From a virus: DNA of 64,000 nucleotides. This document shows, one piece after another, positions 55,198 to 64,000 of this stretch. Under the pieces are notes generated by a model. The model worked only from the letters and a program-made list of their open reading frames with translations. It did no database searches and was not told the DNA's origin. The position numbers and the translations under genes were made by a program. Numbering within the stretch: the stretch's first letter is position 1; each line of letters opens with the position of its first letter. Location: the IMG/VR virus record IMGVR_UViG_3300015360_000032, positions 1 to 64,000 of that record. One strand, given 5' to 3'.

Positions 55198-55865
55198 CAG
55201 CTATCTCTTGCCTCGCCCCAGATCACTTGCTGTCGCGGGCGCTGATACCGGCTGTAGATTCGGGTGGTAATAATTCTTTGCAGACTGGACGAGACGAAAT
55301 TGGTGTCCATCTCCTTAGTCAGTCGCGGCGATAGATGCTCGACGCGATACCACTGCACAAGACAATCAACAACAATTGCCTTTAGCCATAGAGGGATGTT
55401 TTCTAGAACTCTTTGACACTCATCGTAAGGGGTAGGCAAAGGGGATGGCGTGATCGGCTCAAACCCAGAGATGTACGAAACAGTGATCACCCCTTTGTTC
55501 CAGTTTTCAAGGGTGATGATCCCTTTATGAAGATCGATGTCGTCTTCCGCCGTGAAATCAATTTCAATTCCCTCCGCGTCGAACATCTGCAACGTGTCGG
55601 GTACAACAAATCCGTTGGTCAGGCGCAGAATCAACGTAGGCGTGGGCGGGTTCAGCGAGGGAAAAGTCGGCGCGATATAGGCGGGCAAACGAAACCGATC
55701 AACATGCTCGCCCAGGGTAAGGCTATCCACATTCAGAGCATCCTCTACCCGGGGGGTGATTAGCTCTAGGATCGAAATCATTCCCGCGTCTGTGTCGGAA
55801 ATTACAGACCCCCCGCAGCTAGCTCCTATGGCTAATGCGACTGCTGACGGTGAAATCAAAAGCAT
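55197..55865 (-). CDS. Head-tail connector protein
   Basis: ITVSYISGF...IP.WLK pattern; position. Confidence 0.65.
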   Translation of the reverse strand: MLLISPSAVALAIGASCGGSVISDTDAGMISILELITPRVEDALNVDSLTLGEHVDRFRLPAYIAPTFPSLNPPTPTLILRLTNGFVVPDTLQMFDAEGIEIDFTAEDDIDLHKGIITLENWNKGVITVSYISGFEPITPSPLPTPYDECQRVLENIPLWLKAIVVDCLVQWYRVEHLSPRLTKEMDTNFVSSSLQRIITTRIYSRYQRPRQQVIWGEARDS

Positions 55866-55886
55866 GGGGGTCGCCTTAGTTGCGGT

Positions 55887-56231
55887 TTAAGCCGTGGCTT
55901 GCGCAGTGCGCGTACGCATCGTACGCCGGCGCTGCGGCGGGGCTGTTTCTTTCTCGTCATCATCCCCGGCAACCTCTTCGATCAATCGCTTGGGCTTGTT
56001 CGGCACTGCCGTGAGCTTGACCTCAGAGAAGTCCCAGTGATATGCCGTTTCCGAGGGCTGCTCCGTCCAGTAGGCAATGAATTCGCCTTCCGCGTTAGTA
56101 CGTCCGGATTCGAGAAGCTTTTCAGCAACTTCATCCGAGAACAGGCAGCACTCTTTTTTCTTGACAATAGTGCCCATCGTTGCACGACCAACGTACGTTT
56201 GCAGTGCGACAAGCTTCAAAATCTTCGACAT
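55887..56231 (-). CDS. Hypothetical protein
   Basis: ORF with RBS. Confidence 0.6.
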   Translation of the reverse strand: MSKILKLVALQTYVGRATMGTIVKKKECCLFSDEVAEKLLESGRTNAEGEFIAYWTEQPSETAYHWDFSEVKLTAVPNKPKRLIEEVAGDDDEKETAPPQRRRTMRTRTAQATA

Positions 56232-56307
56232 GTTTCATTCCTTCAGGGTTAGAGCGTGTACCACGCCGAATAGGGCACAGTATTATGTGCCATAGAAAAC
56301 CCCAAAG

Positions 56308-56619
56308 CTACATAGATCGACCAATCAACACGATTGATCTGTCGAGTGTCAATGGCGAGGCCCCAGATGTAGTGATGCGGCAAGTGACTGTGTACTTCAC
56401 TTTGTCCACAACGCCAAAGATGTCCAGGCTGACAACTCCTGCAAGCGCGGTAAGAGAGACTACCGTGAGTGGCATACCCACCGGCAGAACAATTTCAAAG
56501 GAGGCGATTGTGAGTCCCCCTTTGGAAGTTAGCCACGGATTAAAATTCCAGTGATACCTGCCCGTGTTGTTCGGGTCGAGGTATCTGCGCGGGGGGATGT
56601 ACGGGGTTTCGCAACTCAT
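56308..56619 (-). CDS. Small virion protein (fibre adaptor-like)
   Basis: DP....Y.WNF..WL...YTVTCRITT...DRSI. Confidence 0.6.
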   Translation of the reverse strand: MSCETPYIPPRRYLDPNNTGRYHWNFNPWLTSKGGLTIASFEIVLPVGMPLTVVSLTALAGVVSLDIFGVVDKVKYTVTCRITTSGASPLTLDRSIVLIGRSM

Positions 56620-56642
56620 GGTAGTTCCTTCAATATTGTAGA

Positions 56643-59261
56643 TTAGACACTAAAAGTGTCGCCTTCGCCACAGGGCTCTACAGCATCTTCTGGTTGGGCA
56701 CATACCTCTACGTTATCCGTCTCGCCATAAACGATAACAGTGTCTTCTTCCGCGCCTATGATTATCTGGCCTGCAAGGATTGCCCCGCCGACTCTGACAG
56801 TAGGCAGACGGCCTAGGATTACTACCGTGCCAGTGCCTGCGTTAGCTGTCTTGCTAACCGTCGCGGTAGGGGCAAAACCTTGAAGCGCAATAGAGCCCGC
56901 ACCGACCTCTAGGGCTGACTTTGTTGTCTGCGGGGTTTGCCCTTCGACGCGGATAAGTCCTGACGGAACCCCGACGAAGACATTTCCGTCAATCCGAGGC
57001 GCCTGCCCTTGGGTAGATACTGACCCCGCGCCAGCTTGTATGACGACACTTACGACAACCGTAGGTGCGGGGCCTTCTAGCGAAACTGCTCCCGCGCCAG
57101 GACTAGCCGACGAAGCTGCACTCGCCGAAGGCGTCTGGCCTGCAACAGATACGACGCCCGAGCCCGGCTGGGTCAGTTGGTTGCCAAGAATCGTAGAGGT
57201 TTGACCCGCAACCGATACCGACCCCACGCCCGGTGAGACAACGAAGCCAACATTTACGATGGGGGCTGCCCCGGCTATCGTGACCTGTCCACTTGTCGGC
57301 TGAGCAATACGGTTTTGGATGACCGTAGGCGCTAGGCCCGTGATCGAAACGTTGCCCGCACCCGGTTGCTCTATGGCGTTAACCAGTAGAGCCGGGGCCA
57401 GACCTGTGATCGAGACCGCGCCTGTCGGCACTCCAACCGCACGACCAATCAGTATGCTAGGCGTGAGCCCTTGAATCGCAATCGAGCCCGCAGGGATCGG
57501 CATACCCAGCAACAAGCCGGGTGCATAGCTGACAATCGAAATTTGCCCTGCGTTGGGCGCAAAATTAGTATTCCCCGGCGCAGTGATGATTACTGACGGG
57601 GCGCTTCCTGCAAGGGATATCAGGCCCGAGCCGGGAACAAAGACTCTGCCGGTTACCGCATTCGGCGCACGCCCTGTGAAATTGATTTCAAAAGTTGCAG
57701 GCTGGACGACGCGCCCAGACACCAGCGTAGACGTGAGTCCGCTGATCGATATAGAGCCGGCTCCGGGCTGGACAAGCCCGCCACGGATGATTGCGGGCGC
57801 TAGGCCGGCGAGGGAAACATTGCCCTGCCCTGGCTGCTCAATTTGCCCAATTAACGCCTGTGGGGCCTGCCCTGCTACCGAGAGAGCCCCTGCCCCTGGG
57901 CTGACGACGAATCCTCGAATAGCTGCGGTATTTTGCCCAACAAAAGCAACGCTACCGACCGCAACAGGGAAGGCGCGATCAAGACCCGGGGCTTGGCCGG
58001 ATACAGTGATTGCTCCGGGTCCTGGCTGCGCGATAGACCCGCGAAGGGCAATCGGGGTAAGACCAGTCAGCGTTACAGAGCCAGAAGCGGGAGTAGCTGC
58101 CGCTTCTTGGTTTAGAGAAGGTGTTTGTCCGTTTACCGCGATCTGGCCCGCACTCGGCGCGGCAACAGACCCGAGCAATGCAATCGGGGTCTGTCCTATT
58201 GCATTGACTGCCCCCGCGCCGACCGATATCGATACACCGGCTGACGCCGTGGTGAACGTGGCACTGACATCGACATTCGAGTCAGTCGTACCATCCGACC
58301 AAACAAACGCTAGCTTGTAATCAGTACCCGCTGTGAGTCCTGTGGCGGGATTCGACAGCGTAAAAGTCGTGGTCGCAGTGGGGGATGACTCATGGCCTGC
58401 CGCGATTGCTGCGCTGCTTGTGGCGTCTTGCCCAGCCTTGATTTGCGCAGCATTCGGCGCGCTGCCTGCGGCGGCATAGATTACCCAGTAAATCTGTGGA
58501 TTGACTAGGGTTTGGCCGATGACGTTAATTGCACCGACAGGAACGCTGATAACCGTGAAGTTAAGGACTGCGGGAGTCTGCCCAGCAATCGTGATGGAGC
58601 CGACTGGAACACCGATGATGGTCGGGGCGACAGCATCCGGAGTGAGACCTACAGACGTGATTACACCCGCGCCGATAGAGACGATGGTGTCTCTGAGAGC
58701 AACGGGTGTTTGGCCGGATACGGCGATAGTTCCCTGCGCGGGAGCAGTAATCGAGCCCACAAGGGCTATAGGCGGCGGGCCTGTGATTGTCGCCGCACCA
58801 GACCCTGGCGCGAGAATGTCACCTCTCAGTGAAATTGATTGCAATCCTGTGGTCGTGATTGCCCCGACTCCGGGGGAGGCAAACGCCGCTACAAAAGCAA
58901 CCGTGGTTTGCCCGGTAACAGTAACCGCCCCTTGAGCCACGCCAATAACCGTATCACGAAGAGCGACAGGAAGCTGCCCAGAAGCTGCAATAACGCCGGA
59001 AGGAATACCAATGAGTGTGGCTTGAGCAACAGCGGGGGTTTGCCCCGAGATGACGGTAGCCCCCTGCGCTACCTCAATGATCGTATCTCTTAGAAGTGCA
59101 GGAGTCTGGCCTGTAACGCCTATTGAACCGGAATCGGGCGTGACAGCGACGTTAGGGTCAGCGATTCCAAACGATAGAGACGAGTCGAACCACGCCAGCG
59201 GCGAGACGAACTGCGCGCCGAAGGGATCATTGATTGGGGAGGCTTTTCGGGGTAGAGGCAC
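56643..59261 (-). CDS. Repeat-rich virion fibre protein
   Basis: Dozens of ~21-aa repeats of type PGAGSISIAGQTP, with one inserted non-repeat domain. Confidence 0.7.
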   Translation of the reverse strand: MPLPRKASPINDPFGAQFVSPLAWFDSSLSFGIADPNVAVTPDSGSIGVTGQTPALLRDTIIEVAQGATVISGQTPAVAQATLIGIPSGVIAASGQLPVALRDTVIGVAQGAVTVTGQTTVAFVAAFASPGVGAITTTGLQSISLRGDILAPGSGAATITGPPPIALVGSITAPAQGTIAVSGQTPVALRDTIVSIGAGVITSVGLTPDAVAPTIIGVPVGSITIAGQTPAVLNFTVISVPVGAINVIGQTLVNPQIYWVIYAAAGSAPNAAQIKAGQDATSSAAIAAGHESSPTATTTFTLSNPATGLTAGTDYKLAFVWSDGTTDSNVDVSATFTTASAGVSISVGAGAVNAIGQTPIALLGSVAAPSAGQIAVNGQTPSLNQEAAATPASGSVTLTGLTPIALRGSIAQPGPGAITVSGQAPGLDRAFPVAVGSVAFVGQNTAAIRGFVVSPGAGALSVAGQAPQALIGQIEQPGQGNVSLAGLAPAIIRGGLVQPGAGSISISGLTSTLVSGRVVQPATFEINFTGRAPNAVTGRVFVPGSGLISLAGSAPSVIITAPGNTNFAPNAGQISIVSYAPGLLLGMPIPAGSIAIQGLTPSILIGRAVGVPTGAVSITGLAPALLVNAIEQPGAGNVSITGLAPTVIQNRIAQPTSGQVTIAGAAPIVNVGFVVSPGVGSVSVAGQTSTILGNQLTQPGSGVVSVAGQTPSASAASSASPGAGAVSLEGPAPTVVVSVVIQAGAGSVSTQGQAPRIDGNVFVGVPSGLIRVEGQTPQTTKSALEVGAGSIALQGFAPTATVSKTANAGTGTVVILGRLPTVRVGGAILAGQIIIGAEEDTVIVYGETDNVEVCAQPEDAVEPCGEGDTFSV

Positions 59262-59305
59262 GACTGGACTCTTTTGGGATTAAATATCTGGGGCTTAACT
59301 ACCGC

Positions 59306-60565
59306 TTAGTTATCGCTCACGCAGCTATGCCCGGCAAGCTCAAACGCTGAGGTCGTCACAGTCACGTTTGCCGTACCGTTCGACATGGCAAGCTCCTGAC
59401 CCATGAATGCAGTAATCAGTGGGATAGTCGTGCTAGTTGTCGTGTCCACCAGAGTTGTGCCTGTTGAGCCATCAACCAGAGCATAACCAATGACACCGCC
59501 ACTCGGCGCAGACCATATAAAGGCATCGAACCATTGACCGGCCGCAAGAGCGGCCCCGAGGGTGATCGCTGCCTTGGTAGCTGTCGTGCCGTCTCGTGTC
59601 ACAAAATTCAGCACAGTGGCCGCTTCAGTCGTGTCATGCCAGAACCCGCAGCCGTTGCCGGTGAGCGTATCTGAAATGACCCACCCCGCATTGCTGTCGT
59701 TGAGACCTACGAAGAGCCGCACTGTCGCGGCGGGCCACAGCCCGATCTGAAAACGGGCGTGGAAATCCCAGCCCCCAAGCCCGGCTGCATTACCTCTCCA
59801 AAATCTTTTTTCTGCTGTCTCGGTTCTCAGCCCGAGAATCTGATTTGTTGTCGTGACAATGTTGGCCCAGCGGGTACGTTTTTGTTGATTGTAAAGCGCA
59901 GGAGCCGTGCTTGACGGGGTAGGGTGAGAGACTGTCCCGCCCGTAGTCCATCCAAGGCCGTAGTTCAAGCCGACCGTGGTGCCGTTGTTCGGCAAGTACA
60001 TTGAATAGCCGTTTTCGCTAAGCTTGTCCTGCACCGTCTGGTCTACCCCTGACGGGACGATGTACTTTAGCTTCATTCGCCCTGCACGTTTGCGGGCAAA
60101 CACAGCTAGAGTATCTGTGTCTGCGGCGGGGTGAGTGCCACCGATGTAAGCCCCGAATATCAAATCTTGAATCGTGCCCTGGAGCTTGATGACGCCATCG
60201 GCACCGTAGTATGTCCAGCCACCACCCTCATCCAGTATCACTCTCTCCCCCGCGAGCAGCGTGCCTTTCCACAGAATAGCGGCGTCAGTGCCGTCGAACA
60301 TATCTACAGTGCAGAGATTCGACGTGGCCGCGTTATTGTGCGCCGTGATTTCCCTGACGCTGCGGGCCGTACTTGCGGCCGGGCTGCCGATAATGGTAGT
60401 CGTTGCAGCCGTTGTGATATTCGTTGGCACGTCGCCGAAAACAGTAAAATTCGATGAGGACGACATCGGGTTCGGCACGTCCACGTAGGAGACCGAGACT
60501 TCGATGTCTCCTACTGACCCGGGGGTAAGGCGGATGACCTGGGAGGTAGTGGTGAGGGCTTTCAT
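59306..60565 (-). CDS. Virion-associated beta-rich hypothetical protein
   Basis: Thr/Gly-rich; lectin-like C-terminal half. Confidence 0.6.
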   Translation of the reverse strand: MKALTTTSQVIRLTPGSVGDIEVSVSYVDVPNPMSSSSNFTVFGDVPTNITTAATTTIIGSPAASTARSVREITAHNNAATSNLCTVDMFDGTDAAILWKGTLLAGERVILDEGGGWTYYGADGVIKLQGTIQDLIFGAYIGGTHPAADTDTLAVFARKRAGRMKLKYIVPSGVDQTVQDKLSENGYSMYLPNNGTTVGLNYGLGWTTGGTVSHPTPSSTAPALYNQQKRTRWANIVTTTNQILGLRTETAEKRFWRGNAAGLGGWDFHARFQIGLWPAATVRLFVGLNDSNAGWVISDTLTGNGCGFWHDTTEAATVLNFVTRDGTTATKAAITLGAALAAGQWFDAFIWSAPSGGVIGYALVDGSTGTTLVDTTTSTTIPLITAFMGQELAMSNGTANVTVTTSAFELAGHSCVSDN

Positions 60566-60579
60566 AGCAGGGTAGTTCC

Positions 60580-60741
60580 TTAGAAAGTGATCGTCACGCG
60601 GGGCGTAACAGTCGTTGTCATAATTGCGGTTACGGTCGCGGCAGAAAGGACAGGGGCGGGTACTTGACCCTGATACGCCGGCACCAACAACGCTTTGTCC
60701 GTCGCGTCATACCGGGGAATGAAGACCGCTTGGGTGGTCAT
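60580..60741 (-). CDS. 53-aa hypothetical protein or gene remnant
   Basis: ATGA coupling to the upstream gene. Confidence 0.4.
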   Translation of the reverse strand: MTTQAVFIPRYDATDKALLVPAYQGQVPAPVLSAATVTAIMTTTVTPRVTITF

Positions 60742-61037
60742 TGCTGTACCCAACCAAAGACGCCGGGCTCCCACGCATTAGAGTTAATGGCTGAAGTCCA
60801 TTTACAGTCTGCATGGAGAACAAATGCCCCTAAGGCATAGGCACTTTGGGGGTCTACAGGGCGCACCCACGGCAAAGTCAAATCCGCCAATGTCACGTCT
60901 TCTGCGTAGTAGGTCCATCCTTCCGGGGGAAGTGTTCCATCCGCATAATCCGCTACATACAGGGTATAGGCGGGCGTGGCTATGTACCTGTGTGCCACAA
61001 CCATTTCACCATTAACGATCCCGACGAGTCTTGGCAT
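60738..61037 (-). CDS. Small protein with CBM5/12-like carbohydrate-binding module
   Basis: WVRP....AY.LG..V.H....W.S....NAWEPGVFGW. Confidence 0.65.
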   Translation of the reverse strand: MPRLVGIVNGEMVVAHRYIATPAYTLYVADYADGTLPPEGWTYYAEDVTLADLTLPWVRPVDPQSAYALGAFVLHADCKWTSAINSNAWEPGVFGWVQQ

Positions 61038-61051
61038 GATTTATTTTCCTT

Positions 61052-63349
61052 TTAGCCTGTCACCGTCCAGCCTTTGGCCGTGGCAATACTAGGATTGTCC
61101 CCCGCCGTGCCGTAGTTATTGGAGACCGTTATGGTTCTCGCTGCGACTCCCGACTTCAGATTGGTGTAGATGCGGTTAAGCTCAGTGGCGGATAGTTTGC
61201 ATCCCGTATATGAGTGCGTAATAGGTGTTCCCGCGAGTGCGGCAGATTGCAGTGAGAAGCAGCTAATAAACATATTGCTGAAAATCGTACCTGCTGCCGT
61301 GTTGAACAGCGGTACAGATTGCAGAGTGCGGCAGTTATTAAACATGCTGCCGAAATTCGTACCTGCTGCCGTGTTGAACAGCGGTACAGATTGCAGTGAG
61401 TAGCAGTTAATAAACATGCTGCTGAAATTCGTACCTGCTGCCGTGTTGAACAGCGGTACAGATTGCAGAGCGCGGCAGTTATTAAACATGTTGCTGAAAC
61501 TCGTACCTGCTGCCGTGTTGAACAGTGGTACAGATTGCAATGCGAAGCAGTTAATAAACATGCTGCTGAAACTCGTACCTGCTGCCGTGTTGAACAGTGG
61601 TACAGATTGCAATGCGAAGCAGTTATTAAACATGTTGCTGAAACCCGTACCTGCTGCCGTGTTGAACAGCGGTAGGGATTGCAGTGCGAGGCAGCTAATA
61701 AACATGCTGCTGAAATTCGTACCTGCTGCCGTGTTGAACAGCGGTACAGATTGCAGTGAGTAGCAGCTAATAAACATGCTGCTGAAATTCGTACCTGCTG
61801 CCGTGTTGAACAGCGGTAGGGATTGCAGTGCGGAGCAGCTATTAAACATGCTGCTGAAATCCGCACCTGCTGCCGTGTTGAACAGCGGTAGGGATTGCAG
61901 TGAGTAGCAGTTAATAAACATGCTGCTGAAACTCGTACCTGCTGCCGTGTTGAACAGTGGTAGGGATTGCAGTGCGGAGCAGCTATTAAACATGTTGCTG
62001 AAATTCGTACCACGCACCACGTTGCCGCTGCCGTCTGTAGTTAACGCTATTGCATCCCCACCATAACTAAAGGCGACCTGAAAAGTATTGGCTGTCTGAC
62101 CAACAACAAAGTAGCTTGAGTAGGCACTGATTTCGGTTGTGCTGGTGATGCTGGTGAAGATCGCGGTATCACCATTGCGAAACCCGTGGGCCGTTGCGGT
62201 TACTGTGTCACCAGCATCTTGGAAAGTGCAAGCCAGAGTGGCGGAAGCGGTAGCGCTAGTCACCAACTGCGCTATGTTGAGCAATTTATAGTTGTTGAAA
62301 AACAGATAGTCTAGTTGCCGCAAATCGCTGTTAACTATGCTGGCTCTTTGTAGCTCAGAAAAATTAATGACCTGTGTAGGGTCCCCAGGAGTTTGCACTC
62401 CGATCCGCAAATCTGTCATCGCGGCAAACGACATTGCGATGTCTAAGAACAGGGATGAGTAAGTCTGCAACAACGCTGTTGAATGTTTGACGTGCAAATT
62501 CAACTGGGTGATGGTTGAAGCGTTTGGCACTACTGTGATGATGACTTGACGGTACTGGGGGACATAGACCGACCCGCTGCCGTTTGTAGTCAATGCAATT
62601 GCAGACCCGCCAATCGTCGAAGCTACTTGGAATGTGTTGGTTGTTTGACTGACCACGTAGTAAGTGGTGTACGTGCTGATGCCGGTGGTGCTGGTAATCG
62701 CCGAGAAGGCGACAGCCCGTCCGTTTGCCCAACCGTGAGCATTAAGGGTTACGGTATCCCCCGTGTCCTGAAAAGTGCAAGCCACTGCGGTTGCAATACC
62801 TACGTCAGAGGTATTGAGAGCGCTGGCCCAGGTGATTTCCTTTTCAGCCGTGCCCCCGCTGGCTACGTTTTGCGTAGCAGAGCCATCACCCCAGTCAACC
62901 GTGTAGTTGCCGGCAGCAGAGAATGCTACGAAATTGCCTTCGGGCCAGACAGCGTGCAATCCTGCGAACTTCTCATCGCTTGAGATGATCGAAGGCATCG
63001 CCAACCACGCGGCGGGGCGAACCCAGGTACTCACTGGTCCGATTGATGTGCCGGAAGCAATGGAGGCAACTTCGAGCTTCGATGCAAAGACCGGCGAGTC
63101 GCGGTGATCGGTGAGGTTGCGCTTGTAGCAAATCAGAAAGCCAAACTCACCAACGGCCAGACCTGTCACGTTGTCGAGGTCAATCTTGATCCAACCATCC
63201 GCGTCTGTGGTCAAGACTCCCGACTTTCCCTTGATCTGGGTAAAGTCAACAACGGAAGCTGAGTCTAGCCACACGACTTCAATCGCAGTCTGATTCGCCA
63301 TGGGCGAGCCGGCTGCGTTGTATAGACGAACTTCTACGCCCTTAGGCAT
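61052..63349 (-). CDS. BspA/DUF285-type leucine-rich-repeat adhesin-like protein
   Basis: Eleven 24-aa repeats; VDWGDG motif; duplicated TFQDxGDTVT..AHG module. Confidence 0.8.
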   Translation of the reverse strand: MPKGVEVRLYNAAGSPMANQTAIEVVWLDSASVVDFTQIKGKSGVLTTDADGWIKIDLDNVTGLAVGEFGFLICYKRNLTDHRDSPVFASKLEVASIASGTSIGPVSTWVRPAAWLAMPSIISSDEKFAGLHAVWPEGNFVAFSAAGNYTVDWGDGSATQNVASGGTAEKEITWASALNTSDVGIATAVACTFQDTGDTVTLNAHGWANGRAVAFSAITSTTGISTYTTYYVVSQTTNTFQVASTIGGSAIALTTNGSGSVYVPQYRQVIITVVPNASTITQLNLHVKHSTALLQTYSSLFLDIAMSFAAMTDLRIGVQTPGDPTQVINFSELQRASIVNSDLRQLDYLFFNNYKLLNIAQLVTSATASATLACTFQDAGDTVTATAHGFRNGDTAIFTSITSTTEISAYSSYFVVGQTANTFQVAFSYGGDAIALTTDGSGNVVRGTNFSNMFNSCSALQSLPLFNTAAGTSFSSMFINCYSLQSLPLFNTAAGADFSSMFNSCSALQSLPLFNTAAGTNFSSMFISCYSLQSVPLFNTAAGTNFSSMFISCLALQSLPLFNTAAGTGFSNMFNNCFALQSVPLFNTAAGTSFSSMFINCFALQSVPLFNTAAGTSFSNMFNNCRALQSVPLFNTAAGTNFSSMFINCYSLQSVPLFNTAAGTNFGSMFNNCRTLQSVPLFNTAAGTIFSNMFISCFSLQSAALAGTPITHSYTGCKLSATELNRIYTNLKSGVAARTITVSNNYGTAGDNPSIATAKGWTVTG
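61243..62011 (-). repeat. Tandem 72-bp coding repeat, about 11 units
   Basis: Core ACCTGCTGCCGTGTTGAACA recurs every 72 bp from 61289 to 61937. Confidence 0.95.
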
Positions 63350-63448
63350 GTGGACTCCAGGCGGCGAAAACTAGGCGTGGGTAAGGTGCATTACTGCATT
63401 TTTGAAATCAATTTCAAAGCCCTAGGGTCGGGTTTACCCAAGCTACCC

Positions 63449-63883
63449 TTAAACCATCGTGAAGATTCCAAGCGCGTTGTTCTGGATCGTCAACGTGTTC
63501 GGTGACGTGATCGTGAACTGAGCGGTAGACAGCCTCGACCAGCACAGCGCCTTGGCACCGGAAGTGCCAATGACGGCGAACTTCACGTTGATCAGCGACG
63601 AACCAGATGCGGTGAACACCAAGTCAGCCGCGTTAAAGCGGAAAGACTTAGCAGAGGCACCTACCGTCCAAGTCATCGTAGCCAGTAGCCGGCCACCAAC
63701 GACATAACCCCCACGGGCTGAAATCTCATTCGTGATAGCGGCGAAGGTCGAGAGGGTGAAGGTAGAGGCATTTGAAGCTGAAGTGTGGAGCTTCATCTTC
63801 ATAACAGTCGTCCCAAGGACGATGGTGCCATTACCAATGTACTTTTTAGCAGTGTTGTAAAGCAGCCAAGCGGTAGCGGGCAT
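63449..63883 (-). CDS. Virion structural protein (hypothetical)
   Basis: W.LYN..K...NEI....GY..GG..L...FTASG pattern common in head-fibre gene clusters. Confidence 0.6.
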   Translation of the reverse strand: MPATAWLLYNTAKKYIGNGTIVLGTTVMKMKLHTSASNASTFTLSTFAAITNEISARGGYVVGGRLLATMTWTVGASAKSFRFNAADLVFTASGSSLINVKFAVIGTSGAKALCWSRLSTAQFTITSPNTLTIQNNALGIFTMV

Positions 63884-63885
63884 GA

Positions 63886-64000
63886 TTAGGATTCCTTTTG
63901 ATGGGAGGTTGCGATATCAGAGCCAGTTTGAATCATGTGCCTAATGAGTCCGTCACCGTAGACGGCAAGTTCAACCTCGTCACCCAGCATCTGGACGACA
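63886..64000 (-). CDS. C-terminal end of an upstream gene (...ELAVYGDGLIRHMIQ...)
   Basis: Open frame from the window edge to TAA at 63886. Confidence 0.5.
   Translation of the reverse strand, partial: VVQMLGDEVELAVYGDGLIRHMIQTGSDIATSHQKES

Larger units (their letters stand above)
465..63417. repeat. Dispersed 16-bp palindrome TTGAAAT(CA/TG)ATTTCAA, about 34 copies
   Basis: Starts at 465, 870, 2937, 6223, 7733, 10171, 11099, 12298, 14686, 17662, 19343, 22888, 24041, 25605, 27410, 27544, 28674, 31108, 31900, 33130, 35618, 38037, 38781, 42056, 42934, 44166, 44631, 48698, 50843, 53368, 55552, 57676, 58829, 63402 (found by eye, 0-3 mismatches). Confidence 0.93.

Noticed and set aside
56270-56295. 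ATACTGTGCC shared between 56275 and 35660 as a late-promoter motif
   Set aside because: Only two copies seen, which is too little support.
61243-62011. CRISPR array
   Set aside because: The units are contiguous in-frame coding repeats with no unique spacers, and there is no cas operon. The Cas4-like nuclease sits in the recombination module.
61156-62013. 285-aa Cys-rich ORF in an alternative frame
   Set aside because: A by-product of the 72-bp repeat lacking stops in that frame.
14-63107. Plus-strand ORFs (e.g. 8932..10062, 15365..16297, 53368..54201)
   Set aside because: They are antisense shadows of well-supported minus-strand genes, with no recognisable motifs.
61052-63349. Diversity-generating retroelement
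   Set aside because: No reverse transcriptase or non-coding template repeat in the window, and silent adenines are invariant. Kept only as a check on the rest of the genome.
465-63417. 16-bp palindrome as a host FNR/Fur box, canonical parS or terminator hairpin
   Set aside because: It does not fit TTGAT-N4-ATCAA, the Fur box or TGTTNCACGTGAAACA. An AT-rich stem with a 2-nt loop is not a terminator, and most copies are intragenic.

Overview
This 64 kb window comes from a tailed dsDNA phage (siphovirus-type: 1801-aa tape measure, no sheath) of a Gram-negative host (GH108 endolysin plus overlapping spanins). Essentially every real gene is on the minus strand. Read from 64000 towards 1, the order is: virion adhesin/decoration genes; head-tail connectors, major tail protein, frameshifted chaperones, tape measure and tail tip; lysis cassette; a Ycf46-type AAA ATPase/DUF1257/DUF2997 module with tRNA-Arg(UCU) and the anti-CBASS sponge Acb2; a full replication/recombination set (initiator, DnaB, family-A polymerase with a UDG-like domain, primase, SSB, SF2 helicase, RecA, nucleases, RuvC); an HTH protein / ParB / ParB-ParB-methyltransferase cassette; ThyX, RNase H and small genes; a CmoA-like protein, TerS and the start of TerL. 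The main unexplained signal is a 16-bp palindrome, TTGAAAT(CA/TG)ATTTCAA. I found about 34 copies by eye, roughly one every 2 kb, inside genes in two coding frames, as the TGA stop in the third frame, and at promoters. Together with the ParB-fold/SAM-transferase cassette (no ParA in the window) and the divergent CmoA homologue beside the terminase, it suggests a genome-wide clamp-loading and DNA-marking system. That link is inference. Family assignments are from recalled motifs, not database searches.
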